From positions 3,295 to 67,294 of the forward strand of contig CACZXG010000003.1 in NCBI GenBank assembly GCA_902785055.1: a stretch of 64,000 bases of DNA. The letters run 5' to 3'. The first letter of the stretch is position 1; each line of letters begins with the position of its first letter. This document shows, piece by piece, positions 58,319 through 64,000 of this stretch. The position numbers and the translations under genes were made by a program. Source of the stretch: an uncultured Lachnospiraceae bacterium (GTDB lineage Bacteria; Bacillota; Clostridia; Lachnospirales; Lachnospiraceae). The notes under the pieces were generated by a model, which saw nothing but the letters and a program-made list of their open reading frames with translations, made no database searches and was not told the origin of the DNA.

Positions 58319-59416
58319 ATGAAACAACTGATCATATTCGCCACAGGCAACAAAGGCAAGATCCGGGAAATCCGAGATATTATCACGGATCCCGACACAG
58401 AAGTCCTCTCCATGAAGGAAGCAGGCGTCGCGGCGGACCCGGATGAAACCGGCACTTCCTTCGAAGAAAACGCGCTGATCAAAGCGCGGGCTGTATCGGA
58501 GCTTATCCGCCGCAAAATCGCGGACGGCACTCTCTCTTTTGACACGACAGATACACAGATCACTGTGATGTCAGACGACTCAGGCCTGGTGATCGACGCC
58601 CTGAACGGGGAGCCCGGTATCTATTCCGCCCGCTATCTCGGCCACGACACTGATTACAACTACAAGATGACGCAGATCATGAAGCGCATGGAGAATGTGC
58701 CTGACGAGAAGAGAACTGCCAGGTTCGTGGCTGCAGTAGGTGCAGTTTTCCCCGATGGTTCCGAACATGTGGTCCGCGGTGCCATGGAAGGCGTGATCGC
58801 GCACGGAATCTACGGTAAGAACGGCTTCGGTTACGACCCTTTCTTCTATCTTCCCGAATACGGAAAGACCAGTGCCGAGATCACCGAGGAAGAGAAAAAC
58901 GCGATCAGCCGCAGGTGCCATCTGATGAAAATTCTGATCCTCGGAGATACACACGCGCAGGACGATATTTTTCTCGAAATTCTTGCGGCGGAAAAAGAAT
59001 ATGGCGCCATTTTGCATACAGGAGACTTCGAGGGGAGCGAGTTTGTATATCGGGAACTCTCGGAGGCTCCCTTCTATGCAATTGCGGGAAATAATGATTT
59101 TTTCACAGACTCTCCTTATGAGAGGCTTATTGAGCTGGAAGGGTGCCGGATCTTCATGACTCACGGCCACCGATACAGCCTGGAAAAGGGATATATGGGC
59201 GTCTGCCGCGAGGCACGCAGGAGAAACGCTTCTATTGCGGTATTCGGGCACTCCCACCTGCCTGTGGCGGAATACTGCAGGGGCGTTCTGATGCTCAATC
59301 CGGGGAGCACCTCATGGCCCAGGCAGGAAAACAGGAAACCTTCCTACATCGTGCTCAATTTGGAGGATGGCCGGGTCCTCTCCTGCGGGATTAACTATCT
59401 TGATAAAAAAGTTTAA
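58319..59416 (+). CDS. rdgB: XTP/dITP diphosphatase (RdgB, C-terminally truncated) read through in frame into a YfcE-like metallophosphoesterase (own ATG at 58925)
   Basis: ATGN.GK, DDSGL, PGIYSAR, FGYDP; then GDTH, GD, GNND, THGH, GHSH, NPGS. Confidence 0.8.
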   Translation: MKQLIIFATGNKGKIREIRDIITDPDTEVLSMKEAGVAADPDETGTSFEENALIKARAVSELIRRKIADGTLSFDTTDTQITVMSDDSGLVIDALNGEPGIYSARYLGHDTDYNYKMTQIMKRMENVPDEKRTARFVAAVGAVFPDGSEHVVRGAMEGVIAHGIYGKNGFGYDPFFYLPEYGKTSAEITEEEKNAISRRCHLMKILILGDTHAQDDIFLEILAAEKEYGAILHTGDFEGSEFVYRELSEAPFYAIAGNNDFFTDSPYERLIELEGCRIFMTHGHRYSLEKGYMGVCREARRRNASIAVFGHSHLPVAEYCRGVLMLNPGSTSWPRQENRKPSYIVLNLEDGRVLSCGINYLDKKV

Positions 59417-59424
59417 AAACTGTG

Positions 59425-59453
59425 TTGACAATCGGGGTGCTTCAAATTATAAT
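59425..59453 (+). promoter_or_regulatory. Consensus sigma-A promoter of the tRNA cluster
   Basis: TTGACA-17 bp-TATAAT. Confidence 0.9.
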
Positions 59454-59477
59454 AACACTTGCATTTGAGATTGGTTC

Positions 59478-59551
59478 CGGGGTGTTGCTCAGCTTGGCAG
59501 AGCGCCTGGTTTGGGACCAGGAGGTCGCAGGTTCGAATCCTGTCACCCCGA
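59478..59551 (+). tRNA. tRNA-Pro, anticodon TGG
   Basis: CCTGG-TTTGGGA-CCAGG anticodon arm; CGGGGTG/CACCCCG acceptor. Confidence 0.93.
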
Positions 59552-59587
59552 TTCAAATGAGACAATTTATAATCCTTCATTACTTAT

Positions 59588-59658
59588 GCGGGTGTAGTTC
59601 AATGGTAGAACACTAGCCTTCCAAGCTAGATACGTGGGTTCGATTCCCATCACCCGCT
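59588..59658 (+). tRNA. tRNA-Gly, anticodon TCC
   Basis: CTAGC-CTTCCAA-GCTAG. Confidence 0.93.
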
Positions 59659-59715
59659 TTAACAATTGCCTTTTTTAGACAGTTGACGGCAGGCATAATC
59701 TGCTGCCGGGATTAT

Positions 59716-59789
59716 GTGTCCGTAGCTCAGCTGGATAGAGCACCGGCCTTCTAAGCCGGGTGTCGGGGGTTCGAGTCCCTTCGGGCATA
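59716..59789 (+). tRNA. tRNA-Arg, anticodon TCT
   Basis: CCGGC-CTTCTAA-GCCGG. Confidence 0.93.
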
Positions 59790-59819
59790 CTTCCGATCAA
59801 TATTCGGATATTGTTTTAT

Positions 59820-59894
59820 GGTGGGTATGGCGTAGTTGGCTAACGCGCCAGATTGTGGTTCTGGAGACCGTGGGTTCGAGTCCCATTACCCACC
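59820..59894 (+). tRNA. tRNA-His, anticodon GTG
   Basis: CCAGA-TTGTGGT-TCTGG; encoded G-1. Confidence 0.93.
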
Positions 59895-59909
59895 TTTTTT
59901 TAATGCCAT

Positions 59910-59981
59910 TGGGCTATCGCCAAGTGGTAAGGCACAGCACTTTGACTGCTGCATGCGTTGGTTCGAATCCAACTAGCCCAG
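59910..59981 (+). tRNA. tRNA-Gln, anticodon TTG
   Basis: CAGCA-CTTTGAC-TGCTG. Confidence 0.93.
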
Positions 59982-59985
59982 CTGC

Positions 59986-60058
59986 GGGACATTAGCTCAG
60001 TTGGTAGAGCACTTGACTTTTAATCAAGTTGTCGGGGGTTCGATCCCCCCATGTCTCA
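59986..60058 (+). tRNA. tRNA-Lys, anticodon TTT
   Basis: CTTGA-CTTTTAA-TCAAG. Confidence 0.93.
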
Positions 60059-60168
60059 TTACTAACTCTTCAGCCGATCTGTCGATCCCGGCTGTTTTTT
60101 GTTATTTAGAAGAATTGTTGATCCCGGCATTACTGTTTTGCTGATATCATTTTTCTTCACTGTCATCT

Positions 60169-60250
60169 GCGGATATGGCGAAACTGGCAGACGCGCCAGA
60201 TTTAGGTTCTGGTGGGACCCCCCGTGCAGGTTCGAGTCCTGTTATCCGCA
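60169..60250 (+). tRNA. tRNA-Leu, anticodon TAG
   Basis: CCAGA-TTTAGGT-TCTGG, long variable arm. Confidence 0.92.
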
Positions 60251-60254
60251 CTAT

Positions 60255-60288
60255 AAACCGGCAGGAGTTATCTCCTGCCGGTTTTTTT
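60255..60288. terminator. Terminator after the tRNA cluster
   Basis: AAACCGGCAGGAG-TTAT-CTCCTGCCGGTTTTTT. Confidence 0.85.
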
Positions 60289-60346
60289 GCATTTTCGTAG
60301 TTTTTCCGGAATTGCTCAAAAGTTTCGGGTGGATTTTCCGCCGAAG

Positions 60347-61363
60347 CTATTCGCCCGTGATCGCTCTCCCGCCAAGATCATTCACAGTCTTCCCGATGGT
60401 GATCCTGCCTCCGAGCGAAACCCTCTCTCCGACATCCGCCTCCGGGTGTTCCAGGATATGGACCAGCCTGCGCACAGCCACTCGCCCCAGCTCTGAGGGA
60501 GTGTTTGATACACTGGTGATCCTTCCGTCTTCAATGCCCGTTTCTTCCCGCCCCGTCTGCAGAACAGCTGCCGAGATATCCTCCGGTATCCTCAAACCGC
60601 TCTTCTCCCATTTTTTGATCCTGACGACAGCTTCCGGGTGAGATGTAAAAATCACGCACGTAACTTCAGCCTCTTTACAAAGATTCATCATATTCTCCAC
60701 TGACAGCACTGAGAGGTCCTCTGTAAGGCAATCCATTTCAAGCTTCTGTGCCTCTTCCCTGAGTATGGAAGCATACTTTTTGTACTCAATGCTCTGATCG
60801 CCCGGAAAAACCACGATCCGATGCCCCCTCTCCCTGAGGTAACTCATTATGAGAGCAGCGTTTTTCCTGAAATCCCTGCAGATACTGGTATGTCCGGTCA
60901 CTTCATTTTCCACGCTGATCAGCGGGATACCGCTTTCCAGAAGTTCCGCGAAACGCCCCTCATAGAGATCCTCTCTGCTTGCCAGAAGGCAGATTCCGTC
61001 AACTTTGCGGGCTGTCACCCTTCCTATCCAGCTCATCTCCTGTTCCGCAGAATCCTCTCCCATAATGACAAGGTCCCTGCGGCACGCAGCTGCTTCTCCC
61101 GCCATACCGCACAGCATTTCCCTGTAGTATGGCGACTTAACAAGATCTGATGATCCCGGCGCCAGGATTCCGATCGTTCCTGACATTCTCTGCATCGCCC
61201 GCGGTCCTCTTCTTCCGTCTCTGTACTTGTAATCCAGTTCCTCTGCTGTTCTTAATACCTTCTTTCTTGTTTCTTCGCTGATGTCCGGATATCCTTTCAA
61301 CGCCTTACTGACTGTCGAAATTGATAGTCCCAGCACCGCTGATATATCCTTTTGATATGCCAT
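60347..61363 (-). CDS. LacI family transcriptional regulator
   Basis: KDIS..LGLSISTVSKAL HTH; IPEDIS. Confidence 0.9.
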   Translation of the reverse strand: MAYQKDISAVLGLSISTVSKALKGYPDISEETRKKVLRTAEELDYKYRDGRRGPRAMQRMSGTIGILAPGSSDLVKSPYYREMLCGMAGEAAACRRDLVIMGEDSAEQEMSWIGRVTARKVDGICLLASREDLYEGRFAELLESGIPLISVENEVTGHTSICRDFRKNAALIMSYLRERGHRIVVFPGDQSIEYKKYASILREEAQKLEMDCLTEDLSVLSVENMMNLCKEAEVTCVIFTSHPEAVVRIKKWEKSGLRIPEDISAAVLQTGREETGIEDGRITSVSNTPSELGRVAVRRLVHILEHPEADVGERVSLGGRITIGKTVNDLGGRAITGE

Positions 61364-61683
61364 ATTAGTTTCCTCCCTGCATTTATCCTATCTATCGCAG
61401 GGAAATAACCGCAAGTTTTTTCTTTCTTCCCGGATCGCTCCATCGTTGTCAAAATATAGTTTTTCGTCAATTATCGTAGAATCACGAAATAATTTCATTA
61501 AAATGTGCCGATTATCGATAAGGAAACTATTATCATTCATAATTCCATATTTTCCTTCGAAAGTGCCTGCGAAATGTTTCAATTTCAGCCTCCACTGCCA
61601 TTATCGGTAAATGTTATTCCGACAATCAGCCTTCTTCTGTCCTCTCCGGCCTCTGCTGCCGCTCATTTTTTTTAAAATAATTG

Positions 61684-61712
61684 TTGACAAAATCCTCTAT
61701 TTCTTATAGAAT
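61684..61712 (+). promoter_or_regulatory. Sigma-A promoter of tRNA-Arg(ACG)
   Basis: TTGACA-17 bp-TAGAAT. Confidence 0.8.
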
Positions 61713-61723
61713 ACTTGTGTTGC

Positions 61724-61797
61724 GTAAGTGTAGCTCAGCTGGATAGAGCGTCTGGCTACGGACCAGAAGGTCGCGAGTTCGAATCTTGTCACTTACA
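61724..61797 (+). tRNA. tRNA-Arg, anticodon ACG
   Basis: TCTGG-CTACGGA-CCAGA; GTAAGTG/CACTTAC acceptor. Confidence 0.93.
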
Positions 61798-61966
61798 CGA
61801 AAAAAGGCTGTTGCAACTGCAACAGCCTTTTCTTTATTTGAACTATCGTATATAAAAATTGAGCCGGAGGACAGTTTTTCTACTGCCGTCCGGCTCTTTT
61901 GGTCAGTATTACAGCCTTTTAAGGCTTTGGCCTCGTTTTGATGGTTATTCAAACCATGTCACAGGA

Positions 61967-63151
61967 TCAGTCTCTCTCTACGATCGCCGCGCAGCCCATG
62001 CCGCCGCCTACGCAAAGGGTTGCGAGACCCTTCTTGGCGTCTCTCTTCTGCATCTCATAGAGAAGAGTGACAAGGATACGTGTTCCGGAGCATCCTACGG
62101 GATGGCCGAGCGCGATGGCGCCGCCGTTGACGTTGAGCTTGTCCATATCGAAGCCGAGGTCGTGTCCGACTGCTACAGACTGTGCCGCGAAAGCTTCATT
62201 TGCCTCGATCAGGTCGAAATCGCCGATCGTGTAGCCGCACTTCTCCATAGTCTTGCGGGTAGCCGCCACAGGGCCGATGCCCATGATGCGGGGCTCTACG
62301 CCTGCAAGCTCGCCGGCGACCCATGTAGCCATAGGCTTAACGCCGAGCTCCTTGGCCTTCTCTTCGCTCATCACGATGATAGCAGCTGCCGCATCATTGA
62401 TACCGGAGGAGTTTGCTGCTGTGACAACGCCGTCTTTCTTGAATGCAGGGCGAAGCTTCGCGATGGATTCCTTGGTCGTGCCGGGACGAGGGCCTTCGTC
62501 TGTATCGACAACGACTGTCTTCTTCTTCATCTTAACTTCTACAGGGAAGATCTCATCTTTGAATTTGCCTTCTTCAATTGCCTTGGAAGCCTTCTGCTGG
62601 GACCATGCCGCAAACTCGTCGAGCTGCTCTCTGGTAAGTCCCCACTCCTCAGCGATATTTTCTGCAGTAATACCCATGTGATAGCCGCCGAAAGCGTCTG
62701 TAAGGGCGTCTCTGATCATGGAATCCTCGAGAGGAGCATTACCCATGCGATAGCCGAAACGGCCCTGCTGTACGAGATAAGGAGCTCTGGACATGCTCTC
62801 CATACCGCCTGCTACGACGATATCAGCGTTGCCGTTCTCGATCAGTTTAGCAGCCAGGTTTACGCAGTGAAGACCGGAGCCGCAAAGGACGTTAATGGTA
62901 ATAGCGGGAACTTCGACAGGAATACCTGCATTGATGGCAGACTGTCTTGCGGGGTTCTGTCCAAGACCTGCCTGGATAACGTTGCCCATATAGACCTCGT
63001 CGACCTGCTCAGGCTTAACGCCTGCTCTCCTCAGAGCTTCCTTGATCGCCAGCGCGCCAAGATCGGGCGCCGGAATGGAGCTGAGCTGTCCGCCCATTGT
63101 TCCGATCGCTGTTCTGCAGGCACCTGCCAGGACTACTTTTCTCTTGCTCAT
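61967..63151 (-). CDS. thlA: Acetyl-CoA C-acetyltransferase (thiolase)
   Basis: GQNPARQ, CGSG, NEAFA, GHPVG.SG, CVGGG. Confidence 0.95.
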   Translation of the reverse strand: MSKRKVVLAGACRTAIGTMGGQLSSIPAPDLGALAIKEALRRAGVKPEQVDEVYMGNVIQAGLGQNPARQSAINAGIPVEVPAITINVLCGSGLHCVNLAAKLIENGNADIVVAGGMESMSRAPYLVQQGRFGYRMGNAPLEDSMIRDALTDAFGGYHMGITAENIAEEWGLTREQLDEFAAWSQQKASKAIEEGKFKDEIFPVEVKMKKKTVVVDTDEGPRPGTTKESIAKLRPAFKKDGVVTAANSSGINDAAAAIIVMSEEKAKELGVKPMATWVAGELAGVEPRIMGIGPVAATRKTMEKCGYTIGDFDLIEANEAFAAQSVAVGHDLGFDMDKLNVNGGAIALGHPVGCSGTRILVTLLYEMQKRDAKKGLATLCVGGGMGCAAIVERD

Positions 63152-63234
63152 GGATTTCTTCCTCCTGAAATTTGATTATTCAAAGACCGCCCCCGGTTTT
63201 TGTCCAGGGGCGGTATTTAGTCATTACAGTGTTA

Positions 63235-63999
63235 TCAGTCTCTCTCTACGATGGTAGCGCAGCCCATGCCGCCGCCGATGCACAGAGTAGCAAGGCCTCT
63301 CTTAGCATCTCTCTTAACCATCTCGTGAAGAAGAGTTACAAGGATACGGCATCCGGAAGCTCCTACAGGATGTCCGAGAGCGATCGCGCCGCCGTTGACG
63401 TTGAGTTTGGAAAGATCGAAACCGAGTTCTTTTCCTACTGCTACGGACTGAGCCGCGAAAGCTTCGTTTGCTTCATACAGATCAAACTGGTCGATCGTAA
63501 GGCCGGTTCTGGCAAGAACCTTCTTGGTAGCTGCAACAGGTCCAACACCCATGATGGAGGGATCTACGCCGCCGAGAGCGCCTGCTACCCATGTTGCCAT
63601 AGGGGTAACACCCAGCTCTTTCGCCTTCTCTTCGCTCATGACTACGACACAAGCAGCGCCGTCATTGATACCGGAAGCATTGCCTGCAGTTGTCACGCCG
63701 CCTGCGTTGATGGCGCGAAGCTTGGCAAGACCTTCGGGAGTTGTGCCGGGACGAGGGCCCTCATCCGTGTCAACGACAACAGTCTGCTTCTTCATCTTGA
63801 CTTCTACGGGAACGATCTCATCCTTGAACTTGCCGGCTTCCATAGCTGCGACAGCCTTATTCTGGCTGTTAGCTGCGAACACGTCGAGTTCTTCTCTTGT
63901 AAGGCCCCACTGCTCTGCTACGTTGTCAGCGGTCTTGATCATATGATAGTCGTTGAATGCATCCCAAAGAGCATCCTTGATCATGGTGTCGACCAGAAC
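63235..63999 (-). CDS. Second thiolase, partial (5' end beyond the window)
   Basis: [23 protein letters not shown]. Confidence 0.93.
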   Translation of the reverse strand, partial: VLVDTMIKDALWDAFNDYHMIKTADNVAEQWGLTREELDVFAANSQNKAVAAMEAGKFKDEIVPVEVKMKKQTVVVDTDEGPRPGTTPEGLAKLRAINAGGVTTAGNASGINDGAACVVVMSEEKAKELGVTPMATWVAGALGGVDPSIMGVGPVAATKKVLARTGLTIDQFDLYEANEAFAAQSVAVGKELGFDLSKLNVNGGAIALGHPVGASGCRILVTLLHEMVKRDAKRGLATLCIGGGMGCATIVERD

Positions 64000-64000
64000 A

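Overview
Chromosomal segment of a monoderm Firmicute, most likely Lachnospiraceae (inferred from gene content), with most genes on the minus strand. It is largely housekeeping and transport: infC-rpmI-rplT with an L20 leader, purBA, htpG with a perfect CIRCE, folA, metNIQ, potABCD, a peptide/nickel ABC operon, asnA, gdhA, trmD, two tandem thiolases and 10 tRNA genes. I found no prophage, transposase, integrase or CRISPR array. Most notable observations: (1) an ExbB/ExbD-like ion-motor gene pair plus a third membrane-anchored gene in an organism expected to lack an outer membrane; (2) a tRNA-Pro with the rare AGG (A34) anticodon, alongside strong CCC/CCT preference in gdhA; (3) a dispersed inverted-repeat element that brackets the intrinsic terminators of both htpG and gdhA; (4) a three-gene operon with a degenerate Hsp70-like protein next to htpG; (5) an NHLM-type peptide export cassette with a TraX-like gene but no visible precursor; (6) a 70-bp palindromic tandem array; (7) several short tandem duplications or deletions, some hitting essential genes (rplT frameshift, rpmI duplication, rdgB fusion), which may be assembly errors. 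Family names come from motif recognition, not from database searches.
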